A stretch of 64,000 nt of DNA from an uncultured Gammaproteobacteria bacterium (GTDB lineage Bacteria > Patescibacteriota > Patescibacteriia > UBA1558 > 2-01-FULL-52-15): positions 352,079 through 416,078 of the forward strand of contig CAYOCJ010000001.1 in NCBI GenBank assembly GCA_964402565.1. Direction: 5' to 3'. Shown piece after piece: positions 17,113 through 27,662 of this stretch (position 1 is the first letter of the stretch; each line of letters starts with the position of its first letter). The notes below the pieces were generated by a model. The model saw only the letters and a program-made list of their open reading frames with translations. It did no database searches and had not been told where the DNA came from. The translations under genes were made by a program, and so were the position numbers.

Positions 17113-18767
17113 AATTTATAGCTACAGTTAAACTGCTTTTCCAGCGGCAGAAGTTTCTGGTAATGCTCTGCCTTGTTTCATTTGTTATGGTTTTGATCGG
17201 CATCAACTATGGATTGCCATTGCATTTGATTGGCGATGAAGAGTCGCTCATCGGCGGCACGCTCAGCATGGCGCTGCATCACTCGTTCATACCCTCGTTA
17301 CACCCTGAATATTTTGACCTGCTCTATTATCCGGTGTTGCTGCCCTATAGTATTTTGGCAGCTTCTCTGCCGTTCGTTGCATGGCAATTAGCCCTCCATG
17401 GAGGTTCGCTTGCCATGACGCAGAATTATTTGATGTGGCATCTTTCTGGGTTATGGATTTCCGCCCGCTTGATCAGTGCCGTATGTTTTTGTGGGCTCAT
17501 AGCCGTTACCTATGCACTTGCAGCCTTGCTGTATAACAAGCGTACGGCAGTATTTGCCTCGCTGCTCGTCGCATCAAGTTTTTTTGGCGTCAATCTCAGT
17601 CATTGGATGCGGCATTGGTCGGCAACCACGCTCAGCGTCTATGTCACGTTATACGTTATACTTCGCTATATGCAACGGCGTGATGTGCCTGCTTGGCTCC
17701 CTGGCGTTGTCGGCGTCATCGGCATGGGTATTGCGTATGTTGTTGCATTCGGCTATGCGGTCGGCGCGTGCATCGTCATTGTGCAGAGGAAATTACTCGG
17801 AAAGGATTTCGTTCAATTCATTGTTCGCAACGTACTTATTTTCGTTATCGGTACCGCTGCGATCGTCAGTCTGTATTATCAGGATTTTATTCATCAATTT
17901 TATTCAGAAGATGGCACGATAACTGCTGTAAAGTCTTTTGCCGACGGTGTAGTGTCGATGAATCTTAGTTTCCTAAGTTTAATTTTGCATGAACCTATTT
18001 TGGTCCTGCTCTTCGTTTTTGGCCTTGTCCTGGCCAAAGCATACAGGAAAAGAGCGTTATTCATTTTGGGCACCTGCTTTCTCTATATGTTCTGTCTGTA
18101 TCTTTTTTACCATACGGCGCCGCGGTACATGTATTTTTGCGTCCCTGCACTTGCCTTAGTAGGAGGATCAGGATGTGATTGGCTTATCGAACATTTCTCA
18201 CATCGTGGCAAAATGTTTGTCTATGCATGCCTGTGCATTGCATTTGCAATTGTCATACGCTTTGACTGGCTTTTGTTGCATACGGATACGCGCCTGCTGG
18301 CGCTTCATTGGATGCGCACCCATGCAAGCGAGTCCATGGTCATTTCTTCGCCAAATATCAATGCCGCGCGCACGCATGAGAGTTTGCTTCGCGAACAGGA
18401 TATCGCTACGATCAATGCGGTGGAACGATCGCTGCTCGCGCATCCTGATGAAGCCGGGTCAACAGTGCTTATGGATTATACCAATCTCCATTTTTGGAAA
18501 AGCGAATCGCTTGATGATCTGAATGATTACCTGGAAAAAGTTCATCCGAGGTATGCGATACTGCAATACTGGGAAGCAGGAGATTTTGGCAATCAGGAAC
18601 ACAGTCTGCGAGCTGGCAGCACCATGGTCGCCCGGTTTACACAATCTTCGAGCGAGACGGCGCTCGATATCGCCGGGGATTTTTATGCGCCTAATTGGGT
18701 ATTCTTTACCATGCAGCGCTTGGGGCCTACGGTCGAAATATACGAATTGCAGTATCCGTCAAAGTAG
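17109..18767 (+). CDS. GT-C fold (ArnT/PMT-like) membrane glycosyltransferase
   Basis: GLP....DE in the first loop, ARLISA, multiple TMs, PRY motif, DTR..A..W before a soluble C-terminal domain. Confidence 0.78.
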   Translation: MKFIATVKLLFQRQKFLVMLCLVSFVMVLIGINYGLPLHLIGDEESLIGGTLSMALHHSFIPSLHPEYFDLLYYPVLLPYSILAASLPFVAWQLALHGGSLAMTQNYLMWHLSGLWISARLISAVCFCGLIAVTYALAALLYNKRTAVFASLLVASSFFGVNLSHWMRHWSATTLSVYVTLYVILRYMQRRDVPAWLPGVVGVIGMGIAYVVAFGYAVGACIVIVQRKLLGKDFVQFIVRNVLIFVIGTAAIVSLYYQDFIHQFYSEDGTITAVKSFADGVVSMNLSFLSLILHEPILVLLFVFGLVLAKAYRKRALFILGTCFLYMFCLYLFYHTAPRYMYFCVPALALVGGSGCDWLIEHFSHRGKMFVYACLCIAFAIVIRFDWLLLHTDTRLLALHWMRTHASESMVISSPNINAARTHESLLREQDIATINAVERSLLAHPDEAGSTVLMDYTNLHFWKSESLDDLNDYLEKVHPRYAILQYWEAGDFGNQEHSLRAGSTMVARFTQSSSETALDIAGDFYAPNWVFFTMQRLGPTVEIYELQYPSK

Positions 18768-18775
18768 ACTTTGTC

Positions 18776-18804
18776 TAGACACCTGAACCCGATTTTGCTA
18801 GTAT
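18776..18804 (+). promoter_or_regulatory. Candidate sigma70 promoter (extended -10)
   Basis: TAGACA-N17-TAGTAT with TG at -15/-14. Confidence 0.55.
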
Positions 18805-18836
18805 CAGCGAAGTTGATACAGTTTATTTTTTGACTC

Positions 18837-19961
18837 ATGAACGCATCGTTGCTCTACATTACGAACTATCGAATGCCGACTGAAAAGGCTCATGGCTTGC
18901 AAGTGGCGCGCATGTGCGATGCATTCGCCGAAGCGGGCGCATCACTTGAGCTCGTTGTTCCAAAAAGGCCATTCATCAAAGAGTCAGTGCGGGCATACTA
19001 TGGCCTTCGCCATGAATTTCCGGTGACCTATTTGCCGGTATGGGATCTGACAGGAAAAATTCCATTCATTGGTTTTTTCATCCAGAGCCTGACATTCGCT
19101 TTTGCAGCATTGCAGTATGTCCGAATGAAGAAATATAACGGACCGATCATAACACGCGATCAGTTCACTGCATTTGTATTTTCTTTGGCCGGCCGCAATG
19201 CTTTTTTTTATGAAGCGCATACGCTTCCGAAGCGCGGTTCTTTTTTTTATCGCAGCATCTTTAAAAAAGCCACGCGCATCATCGTCATTAGCGACGGATT
19301 GCGAGATGCGCTTGTGCAGCAAGGTGTTCCCTCCGATAAGATAGTTGTGGAACGCGATGCGTATGAACCTTCGCTTTTTTTGAAAACGGGAGCATCAAGC
19401 GAGATCCGCCAGCGCCTTGGAGTAGAGGAGCATAAAGCATTGATCATGTATATCGGGTCGCTCATGCGCTGGAAAGGCGTCTATACGTTACTTGATGCTG
19501 CGGATATGCTGCCGAGCACCTACCATGTAGTTATCATCGGTGGTCCGCAAAAAGATTTTGAAGCTCTTGAACAGTATTTTCATGAGCATCACATACGCAA
19601 TGTTAGTTTAAAAAAACAGACTCCGCACAGCGAAATTGCGCTCTATGTACGCGCGGCAGATATTCTGGTGCTGCCGAATAGCGCTGTGGATGATATTTCG
19701 CGACTCTATACATCACCCTTAAAGCTATTTGATTACCTCGCCAGTGCGCGGCCCATTGTTGCAAGCGATGTACCTTCATTGCATGAAATTGGCGACCAAT
19801 TCAGCGGCATTTCGTATTTCAAGCCTGATGATGCCGGCGAACTTGCTCGGGTCATTACTTCAGCGGACTATCGCCAACATTATAAGCGGGACATGCGTGC
19901 ATATACCTGGGACGCTCGGGCAAGCCGCATTTTGAAGCTTATAGCAGATGCATCAGCATAG
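18837..19961 (+). CDS. GT4 family glycosyltransferase
   Basis: RMPTEKAHGLQ N-terminal motif and YTSPLKLFDYLAS.RPIVASD. Confidence 0.9.
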   Translation: MNASLLYITNYRMPTEKAHGLQVARMCDAFAEAGASLELVVPKRPFIKESVRAYYGLRHEFPVTYLPVWDLTGKIPFIGFFIQSLTFAFAALQYVRMKKYNGPIITRDQFTAFVFSLAGRNAFFYEAHTLPKRGSFFYRSIFKKATRIIVISDGLRDALVQQGVPSDKIVVERDAYEPSLFLKTGASSEIRQRLGVEEHKALIMYIGSLMRWKGVYTLLDAADMLPSTYHVVIIGGPQKDFEALEQYFHEHHIRNVSLKKQTPHSEIALYVRAADILVLPNSAVDDISRLYTSPLKLFDYLASARPIVASDVPSLHEIGDQFSGISYFKPDDAGELARVITSADYRQHYKRDMRAYTWDARASRILKLIADASA

Positions 19962-19987
19962 ACAAAATCAGGCCATTTTGTTAGTAT
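19959..19987 (+). promoter_or_regulatory. Candidate sigma70 promoter, leaderless transcript
   Basis: TAGACA-N17-TAGTAT with TG extension, ATG 7 nt downstream. Confidence 0.55.
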
Positions 19988-19994
19988 ACTTCGT

Positions 19995-20969
19995 ATGTTA
20001 ACGACACAAGAACCGCTCAACAAAGAGAAATTTCAACTCATTTCAATCGTTGTACCGATCTATAATGAGGAAGAGAGCATTCATTTGCTCTATGACAAGA
20101 TACGGGAGCAAAACGCTTTTGATTGGGAAATCATTATGGTCAACGATGGGTCAACTGATGCCAGCGCTGATCGTCTGCGTGAGCTGGCAGAGAAAGATGC
20201 TCGTGTAAAAGTCATTAATTTACGAAGAAATTACGGACAAACGGCTGCTATGGCTGCCGGTTTTAATTTCGCTCACGGCGATGTGGTGGTTCCGCTGGAT
20301 GCTGATCTGCAAAATGATCCGAGCGACATCCCTCAGCTGCTCTCAGTTCTAGCCGAGGGGTACGACGTAGTATCTGGCTGGAGAAAGGAGCGATGGCAGG
20401 ATAAGCGCTTGTCTCGAAAGCTTCCGTCCTTGCTCGCGAATATTCTTATTTCGCGCATTACGGGGACCACATTGCACGATTATGGCTGCACCCTGAAAGC
20501 GTACCGCCGAACTGTTTTGAACGACGTGAAGCTCTATGGAGAAATGCATCGCTATATTCCGGCTTTCGCCGCATGGCAAGGAGCCCGTGTTACAGAAATA
20601 CCAGTTCACTACCATAAACGTCGCTTCGGCAAGACAAAATATGGCATGAGCCGTATTTTTCGCGTGATCTTAGATCTGGTAACGGTTAAATTTTTGATCG
20701 GCTATTCGACAAAACCAATGCATTTTTTCGGCAAGTTCGGCGTCTGGAGCCTGATCGTATCAGCGGTGGCCGGCGGATTAGCCATCGACTGGAAGATTTA
20801 CTACGGCACGAGCCTCATTTCTACGCCATTGCCATTGTTTGCAGCGCTTTTCTTCATTGTAGGTGTGCAGTTGATCTTAATGGGCCTGGTGGCAGAAATG
20901 ATGACGCGGAATTACTACGAAACATCCGGCAGGCCTATTTATAACGTGAAGGATACATTGAACATGTAA
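19995..20969 (+). CDS. GT2 polyprenol-phosphate glycosyltransferase (ArnC/DPM1-like)
   Basis: SIVVPIYNEE, VNDGSTD, RNYGQTAA, DADLQNDP, DYGCTLKAYR; two C-terminal TMs. Confidence 0.92.
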   Translation: MLTTQEPLNKEKFQLISIVVPIYNEEESIHLLYDKIREQNAFDWEIIMVNDGSTDASADRLRELAEKDARVKVINLRRNYGQTAAMAAGFNFAHGDVVVPLDADLQNDPSDIPQLLSVLAEGYDVVSGWRKERWQDKRLSRKLPSLLANILISRITGTTLHDYGCTLKAYRRTVLNDVKLYGEMHRYIPAFAAWQGARVTEIPVHYHKRRFGKTKYGMSRIFRVILDLVTVKFLIGYSTKPMHFFGKFGVWSLIVSAVAGGLAIDWKIYYGTSLISTPLPLFAALFFIVGVQLILMGLVAEMMTRNYYETSGRPIYNVKDTLNM

Positions 20970-20979
20970 CTCTTCCTGG

Positions 20980-21011
20980 TCGTTCGCCTGATCTAGTTCG
21001 AACGATTTTTT
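20980..21011 (+). terminator. Candidate intrinsic terminator
   Basis: TCGTTCG/CGAACGA stem followed by TTTTTT. Confidence 0.5.
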
Positions 21012-21040
21012 ATTAAGCAAAGAAATTTAATAGACATCAC

Positions 21041-21904
21041 ATGGCAGATGCGCAAGAACTCTCGATGCGACCGGCTCTGAAATGGAAATGTCTTTCATGT
21101 TCCGGCGCTTTGCACGCAGAGAACGGCGCTTTACGATGCGCGTCGTGCGGGACCGTATACGCTTACAAGAACGGCCAGTATTTTTTTTTGAAGACCACTG
21201 TTAACGATAATCGGTTCGAGGTCAGACTGCGCAATTTCTATAAACGTTTTCCGCGGCTGTATTATTTCGTCGCAACTTTTTTTGGACCAGCGCTCTTTAC
21301 CGGAATGACAGCAAGGCGTTTTTTGAAAAAGTACTATCACGACGGAATGACCGTATTGAATCTTGGGTCAGGGCCCAAGATCCTTGGCGACTCGATCATA
21401 AATATAGATATGTTTCCGTACCATGGCGTGACCATAGTGTCTGATGTGTGTACTGTACCTCTCGCAGACGGTACCGCTGACCTCATTCTGTGTGATGAGC
21501 TCGTAGAGCACGTTGAAAGCGTCGACAAACTGTTTGCCGAAGTGAAGCGTCTGCTGAAACCGGGCGGACATGTGTACTTTTCTATACCATTTTTGTATCC
21601 TTTCCATTCGTCGCCGGTTGATTTCTCTCGGTGGACATTATCAGGCTTCAAACAAAAACTTTCTGCGGTTGGGCTCTCTGATGTTGAGAAAGGCGTTTTG
21701 GCCGGACCCTTTTCTGCGTTAAGCGCCTATGCCTGTTATGTCTTTGCGCTGATGTTCTCATTTAACAGCGAGCGCCTGTTCTGGTTGCTCATGAATATAA
21801 GTATTTTCATTTTTTTTCCGATCAAATTTCTTGATCTCATCGCACATCGATTGCGATTAGCAAGCCATGTTGCATCGGTTCTCTATTATGTCGCTAAAAA
21901 ATAA
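21041..21904 (+). CDS. SAM-dependent methyltransferase with N-terminal zinc-ribbon (Trm112-like) module
   Basis: CLSC...CASC, VLNLGSG, VEHV, LKPGG.V..SIPFLYPFH..P.DF.RWT. Confidence 0.85.
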   Translation: MADAQELSMRPALKWKCLSCSGALHAENGALRCASCGTVYAYKNGQYFFLKTTVNDNRFEVRLRNFYKRFPRLYYFVATFFGPALFTGMTARRFLKKYYHDGMTVLNLGSGPKILGDSIINIDMFPYHGVTIVSDVCTVPLADGTADLILCDELVEHVESVDKLFAEVKRLLKPGGHVYFSIPFLYPFHSSPVDFSRWTLSGFKQKLSAVGLSDVEKGVLAGPFSALSAYACYVFALMFSFNSERLFWLLMNISIFIFFPIKFLDLIAHRLRLASHVASVLYYVAKK

Positions 21905-21911
21905 CAACGCT

Positions 21912-22685
21912 ATGCCTACCATGCACGATCGTTTTGGTTTCGAATGGGAAAAATACAATAGTATTAAACCCGAATATCGCGAGCAATATCGTGAACAGTT
22001 TCTGAATTGGACGCATCCGTTGCAGCCGGATTTTTATACAGGGAAGCGCATCCTCGATGCAGGGTGCGGCATGGGGCGGAACAGCTACTGGTGCCTGGAA
22101 TGGGGCGCTGCGTCTCTTGTCGGCTGCGACCATGATCTGAGATCGGTCGAGGCAGCTCGAGAAACATTGAAGAAATTTTCGAATGTCGAATTATCTCAGC
22201 TTGATCTCGAAGACCTGCCGTGGCAGAACGAGTTTGATTTTATATTCTCCATTGGCGTAGTGCATCATACGAAGCATCCTGACATAGTCATGAAAGAGCT
22301 CTATGAAGCGCTGAAGCCCGGTGGCGAGGTATTGCTATGGGTATACTCGAGCGTCGGGTACGAAGGCGTTTTGAAGATATTGAACCCGATCAGAAAATAC
22401 ATCACGAGTCATATGAACCTGCGCCTCTTGCATGTGGTGACCTATCTCTGCAGTATACCGCTGTACGCATGGATACATCTGTTCCCGGTCAAAAAGCCGT
22501 ACTTCCAGCAAATGAAAACATTCTCATTTTCGCACATGCACAGCATTCTATTCGACCAATTGCTTCCCGAGATAGCGCGGTATTATTCGAAAGATGAAGC
22601 CGCAGATCTCGTATCGCAATTTAAGGACGCTGAAGTATATGCTCCGCCCAATGCTACCGGCTGGATAGTTCGGGCAAAAAAATAA
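21912..22685 (+). CDS. Class I SAM-dependent methyltransferase
   Basis: FGFEW, ILDAGCGMGR, SIGVVHH, LKPGG. Confidence 0.9.
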   Translation: MPTMHDRFGFEWEKYNSIKPEYREQYREQFLNWTHPLQPDFYTGKRILDAGCGMGRNSYWCLEWGAASLVGCDHDLRSVEAARETLKKFSNVELSQLDLEDLPWQNEFDFIFSIGVVHHTKHPDIVMKELYEALKPGGEVLLWVYSSVGYEGVLKILNPIRKYITSHMNLRLLHVVTYLCSIPLYAWIHLFPVKKPYFQQMKTFSFSHMHSILFDQLLPEIARYYSKDEAADLVSQFKDAEVYAPPNATGWIVRAKK

Positions 22686-22702
22686 CATCGTTTAAGGTTC
22701 GC

Positions 22703-24508
22703 ATGCAGATCACTCATTACCCCCGACAATTACTGCATCGTTTTTGGATACCCGCATGCGTCGCGGTATTGGTCGCTTGTCTCTACGGCATGCCCTACAT
22801 CGTTTCCATTGTGCAGCTGGGTTCACGTTATCACGGCATACCGATGATGGTGACCGGTGATGAAGAGACCTATGTGGCCAGGATGCATGATATTCTTGAT
22901 GGCCATCCCATGTTAGGTTCGCCAGTTTTCTTTGAGTACAAAGACCAGATCCCGCTTTTGCCGCCGACAGGGGAGTGGCTCTATATACTGCCGAGTCTCG
23001 TATTCGGAGCGAATCTCATCGATGTGGTCATAGCGAGCAAATTTATAGTACCTGCGCTGCTTGCGCTAGCGGTATATGTTTGTGCTCTAAGTTTTTTTGA
23101 AGAACGCAATCGTAATGTGAGGGTGATCGCTGGTGCTATTTCTCTAGCTGTGCTGTGCGGGTATGATGTTGTCGATTTCAGGCAGGTAGTCGGCTTGCTG
23201 CGCGGGTCTGTAACGCCGAGTGCTTTTCTTATCTGGTCCAGACTGGTGAACCCCATCACCGGTGCGATCGCATTATTCGTTTACCTTGCGTCACTGAATC
23301 GTATACTCAAAGGCTCTCAGTCTTGGCGTCCCATGACGGTGGGCGCTATCGCTTTGGCTTTCATGTTCGCGTCTTATTTTTTCAGCTGGGCATATGCCCT
23401 TACGATCACCCTGTGCGTATCGATATTGCTTGCTGTCACTCGGCGATTGAAACTCATGAAGCGGCTGCTAGCGCTTGCGGGCGCTGGTATTTTGCTCGCA
23501 GCGCCGTATTGGTATATGCTTGCGCGGTTATTCAGCCAGCCCTCATATATGCATGGAGAGGGTTTATCAGCTCTGTTCCATACGCATCAACCAGTCATCA
23601 ATAAATTTGTGCTGCTGATGCTCATTGTTTTTTGTGCAGCGTTGTTTCTGTGGCGGCGGTATGAAAAGTCCGACGTGCTCCGCGATAATGCAGTACTGAT
23701 GATGGCTGCATGCGTTCTTGCAAGTTGTATCGTATTTATGCAACAGATCGTCACCGGTGTTGCCATTTGGCCTTTTCATTTTGTGCAATACACCATACCG
23801 GTTCTGATCATGATTTTGTATCTCATCATCTATCGATCATTGCGCTTTGCAGGTTTTGCATGGATACGCACGATCGGAAAAGCTGCGCTGTTCTATATAC
23901 TCCCGTTATGCGCGCTTCTCTATGCGATAACGTTGCAATCGCGGGTCTATGCATTCTGGGTGCCGACGGTTATTGATCAGCAGCGCTATGCTGCAGTGTT
24001 TCAATGGCTTGATGAGCATACCGACCATGATTGCGTTGTGCTGACTCGTGAGGGCGCGGATGACAATTTAAATGCGCTTGTACCAGGTTTTACGCATTGT
24101 AATGTCTATACGTCAAATTATCGCTTCTTGCATGCGCCCAATATACAGGAGCGCTTTGAGCATAACTATTTTACGCAATTGCGTTTGCATGGCATTACTC
24201 CGGCGACGGCGCCACTGTATATCCGCGACCACGAACGTGAAGCGCGAAGCTACCTGGGCGATACGCTGCAAGAATATTTTGGGGAACAAAAATTTTCTGA
24301 TGTGCCTCTTTCTGATTTCAAGTCAAAGATCGGGGAGCTGAGCATTTTGTATAAAAAATTCTATGAACAAGACTTTCGCACTGAACTTGAGAAATATCGA
24401 ATTGACGTGCTGATATCTACAACGCCTCTTGCATCGGATGTGATCGGATCGATACAGGGCCTGCACAGCGAAGGTGAACTTAATGGCGTTTCAGTGTATA
24501 CTCTATAG
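22703..24508 (+). CDS. Multi-pass membrane protein, probable GT-C fold glycosyltransferase
   Basis: GDEETY in the first extracytoplasmic loop, many TMs, soluble C-terminal domain beginning FQWLDEHT. Confidence 0.65.
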   Translation: MQITHYPRQLLHRFWIPACVAVLVACLYGMPYIVSIVQLGSRYHGIPMMVTGDEETYVARMHDILDGHPMLGSPVFFEYKDQIPLLPPTGEWLYILPSLVFGANLIDVVIASKFIVPALLALAVYVCALSFFEERNRNVRVIAGAISLAVLCGYDVVDFRQVVGLLRGSVTPSAFLIWSRLVNPITGAIALFVYLASLNRILKGSQSWRPMTVGAIALAFMFASYFFSWAYALTITLCVSILLAVTRRLKLMKRLLALAGAGILLAAPYWYMLARLFSQPSYMHGEGLSALFHTHQPVINKFVLLMLIVFCAALFLWRRYEKSDVLRDNAVLMMAACVLASCIVFMQQIVTGVAIWPFHFVQYTIPVLIMILYLIIYRSLRFAGFAWIRTIGKAALFYILPLCALLYAITLQSRVYAFWVPTVIDQQRYAAVFQWLDEHTDHDCVVLTREGADDNLNALVPGFTHCNVYTSNYRFLHAPNIQERFEHNYFTQLRLHGITPATAPLYIRDHEREARSYLGDTLQEYFGEQKFSDVPLSDFKSKIGELSILYKKFYEQDFRTELEKYRIDVLISTTPLASDVIGSIQGLHSEGELNGVSVYTL

Positions 24509-24518
24509 TATTGTCCGT

Positions 24519-25250
24519 ATGGATAAACAATACGAATCAATATATCATTCAGCAGAAGATACTAATTGGTGGTTCAAGGCTCGGCAAGATTTTGTATATC
24601 GTTTTTTAAAGTTGCACGCATACGCTCCGGATACCCGGATATTAGATATTGGTTGCGGCGGAGGAGGGCTCTTGAGCTATTTACAGCAGCGGGGATTTTC
24701 GAAATTATCAGGCATCGATCTGTCGCCTGAGGCGATCGCGTTCTGCAAGTCGCGCAATCTATCATCGGTTACGCTCGACGATGCGCAATACGCACAGACC
24801 CTCGCTGAGGGCAGTTTCGATGTTATTATTGCTTCTGATGTTCTTGAGCATCTTCAGCACGCATCAGAAGCAATGCAGCGATGGAAAGACCTCCTTGCGC
24901 CCGGTGGCGTCATCATCCTTTTTGTGCCTGCCTATCAGGCGCTCTGGAGCGAGCGCGATGTGTTGAATAAACATATCATGCGGTATACGCAGCGGCAGGT
25001 ACTCGCTATGGTGGAAACATTGCATTTGCAGACGCTCACGCGCAGCTACTGGAATTTTTTTATGTTCGCTCCTTATGCGCTTTTGCTCAAAATAAAGAAG
25101 CATACGAAGAATAAGATCGTCACCATTCGCAACAAAGAAACCATCGTCAATAAAATTTTGAAAGCGATATTGAAGATCGAAAATAGTATGATACTGAAAG
25201 GCGCGCACTTGCCATTTGGTGTCAGTTTCCTGGGCATATTTAAAAAATGA
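24519..25250 (+). CDS. Class I SAM-dependent methyltransferase
   Basis: E..NWWFKAR, ILDIGCGGG, DVLEH, VPAY.ALWS..D....H..RY. Confidence 0.9.
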   Translation: MDKQYESIYHSAEDTNWWFKARQDFVYRFLKLHAYAPDTRILDIGCGGGGLLSYLQQRGFSKLSGIDLSPEAIAFCKSRNLSSVTLDDAQYAQTLAEGSFDVIIASDVLEHLQHASEAMQRWKDLLAPGGVIILFVPAYQALWSERDVLNKHIMRYTQRQVLAMVETLHLQTLTRSYWNFFMFAPYALLLKIKKHTKNKIVTIRNKETIVNKILKAILKIENSMILKGAHLPFGVSFLGIFKK

Positions 25251-25256
25251 CCGATC

Positions 25257-27662
25257 ATGAACAGCAACACTGACCATCCATCAGCATTGAACGGGTGGCG
25301 AGCAAAAGTTATTTTTATATTGCCCATCCTGGCGCTATTGATCATTTTTCGAGATGTGCTCTTTGCCGGCCGTATTTTTTCAGACGGCGATTCTTTTTTG
25401 TATTTTTATCCGCTATTCAAGATCATTGCATCTTCGAAATCTCTGGTCACGCCTTCTATACTCTCAGGTTTTCCGCTCTATACATCGGTCAATGCTTCAT
25501 GGTTTTATCCGGTATATAGTTTCCTGTTTCGTTTTTTTGACCTGTATAACGGCTATCATTACCTGACGCTGCTTAATTTTATTCTTGCATATGTCGGCAC
25601 CTACTGGTATACCCGATCGTTAAAAGTATCGCATGCCGGAAGCAGCATAGCAGGAGCGGTATTCATCTTTTCAGGACAATTGATGATGTGGGGTTCGGTC
25701 ATTGTAAATACGAACTATTATTGGATCCTGCCTTTCGTTCTGTACGGCATTGAGCATGCAAAAAAAGGAGGCTATTATTCGTCGTATCTTCTGTTGTCTG
25801 CACTGTTGCTAGGCACCGGATGGCTGTCGAGCCACACGCAATTCATCGTGTATATTCACGCTTTTGTTTTTTGCTACTATCTGAGATTTTGCATCGTTCC
25901 GGTCCGCAAAGATGCGGCCAGAGCGATGTACCGAACCGTCCTCATGTTGATCATGTTCGGCATATCGGCAGCCATAGGATATGTGCAGATACACTCGATC
26001 TTGTCGTTTACAAGCCAAACAGCGCGTGCCGGAGGCGTTGCATTGTCAGAGGCGTTTGCCGGCAGCTATCTGCCGCAGGACTTGCTGCAATACATTATTC
26101 CGTTCTGGCGTTTGCCTTTTTTTCCCGCTGCTGCGCCGAATCTGTATATTGGCATTATTCCGTTCATCTTGCTGGTATACGCGCTCTGGAACAATAAGCA
26201 AAATAGCACTGTACGTTTTTTTGCTTTCACGTTTTTTGTTTCTCTAGTAACAGGATTCTATTATTCGCCGGTTGCTCTTTTGATACACTACTTGCCTTTT
26301 GCACATGCATTCCGCGAATTGAGCAGACTTATGCTCATCGGGGATTTCGCTGCGGCAATGCTTGCGGCTTTTGCATTTGATCGACTTGCGATGAGCACTT
26401 CTGATGAACGTTTTCTGAAACTGCTCCTGATCTTTAAAAAGGTATTGCTTTGGGTTGGAGCGCCTCTCGTTTTCATTGCAACAGTATCCCGCCTTTTTTT
26501 CACAGTTATGATTGAACAGGTACTGCAGGGCTTGTTTTTTAAATTTAAATATGCGAATACCGCTCACTTAGCTCCGGAGCATTATCAGGCATTGATTCGA
26601 CAATATACGAAGAGTGCTTTGGATATTTTTTCACTGACGAATCCGCAGACCATCGTATCGATCATATTCATAGTGCTCTTGTTCGTAGCATGTCGGCAGC
26701 GGGCGCGCGTACATCAAAGTGGCTGGGCATTGCTCATAATGCTGCTGATCGTTTGCAATACCACATGCACCTATGCTGGTTTCTATACAACAGTGCCGCG
26801 CGCACTCGCCGAATCAGAGCCAGCCTCAATAGCCGCTATCAGTGATGACCGAAGCAATGATCAGCCCTTTCGAATATTCTCATTATTTACCGGTGTCGCA
26901 GAATATGACCGTTTCGCAGTGAATTGCAGTAATGACTCAGCGGAAGATAGGCTTGCTTTTGAACAGGCGCTTGCGGTGCCGAATATCAATATTCAATACG
27001 AGCTCGAGTCTGCAGACGGATATGAAAACTTCATGCCAAAACGGATAGCTGAGCTCCTGGCATATGTCGGATCTGAGCGCGCGACCGCAGGAGAATTGCT
27101 TTCTTCAAAAAAAATTCCGGTCGAAGAACGTATTCAGGAGTTTACCCGCAGAACGGATGTGCTGCGTCTCATGAATGTGCAGTATGTATTGTCGCCGTAC
27201 CAGATCAATGATCCCGGCCTCTTTGAAATATATCATGGGGATTTACCGGGATGCGGCGGCACCGACTACGTTTACAAGCTCTTGAATGCAATGCCGAGAT
27301 ATTTCTTTACGGATAAAGCCGAACAGCTGAAATCAAGTTCGGATGATATCGACGCCCTTGCTCATGAGCTCGGCCAGGCAATGCATAATCACTCGATCGT
27401 ACTTGAAACAGCTGCGGTGCATTCTGCGGAAGAGGGCACTGCGTTGATCGCTGAATTGCAGCCAGAAACAAGCGGCGATAAAATTACGTTTACGGTGAAC
27501 GAACCAAAGAGCGGATACGTTTTTGTCGGCAATGCATGGCTGCCCGGCTGGCACGCGAGCGTCGACAGCAAGCCGGTAACGATCGAACGTGCAGATTATA
27601 TGTATATGGCTGTTCCAGTTGAGGCGGGCTCTCACCGCATTGAATTTTTCTATGAACGATAA
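25257..27662 (+). CDS. YfhO-family (GT-C) membrane glycosyltransferase
   Basis: D....FYP, SGFP, LYIG, and C-terminal PGWHASVD......AD...MAVPV.AG.H.IEF.Y. Confidence 0.8.
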   Translation: MNSNTDHPSALNGWRAKVIFILPILALLIIFRDVLFAGRIFSDGDSFLYFYPLFKIIASSKSLVTPSILSGFPLYTSVNASWFYPVYSFLFRFFDLYNGYHYLTLLNFILAYVGTYWYTRSLKVSHAGSSIAGAVFIFSGQLMMWGSVIVNTNYYWILPFVLYGIEHAKKGGYYSSYLLLSALLLGTGWLSSHTQFIVYIHAFVFCYYLRFCIVPVRKDAARAMYRTVLMLIMFGISAAIGYVQIHSILSFTSQTARAGGVALSEAFAGSYLPQDLLQYIIPFWRLPFFPAAAPNLYIGIIPFILLVYALWNNKQNSTVRFFAFTFFVSLVTGFYYSPVALLIHYLPFAHAFRELSRLMLIGDFAAAMLAAFAFDRLAMSTSDERFLKLLLIFKKVLLWVGAPLVFIATVSRLFFTVMIEQVLQGLFFKFKYANTAHLAPEHYQALIRQYTKSALDIFSLTNPQTIVSIIFIVLLFVACRQRARVHQSGWALLIMLLIVCNTTCTYAGFYTTVPRALAESEPASIAAISDDRSNDQPFRIFSLFTGVAEYDRFAVNCSNDSAEDRLAFEQALAVPNINIQYELESADGYENFMPKRIAELLAYVGSERATAGELLSSKKIPVEERIQEFTRRTDVLRLMNVQYVLSPYQINDPGLFEIYHGDLPGCGGTDYVYKLLNAMPRYFFTDKAEQLKSSSDDIDALAHELGQAMHNHSIVLETAAVHSAEEGTALIAELQPETSGDKITFTVNEPKSGYVFVGNAWLPGWHASVDSKPVTIERADYMYMAVPVEAGSHRIEFFYER

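Noticed and set aside
21181-21189. T9 run (and A8 at 14701-14708) as phase-variation tracts
   Set aside because: Short A/T runs are frequent across this window and the ORFs are intact; no evidence of slippage without reads.
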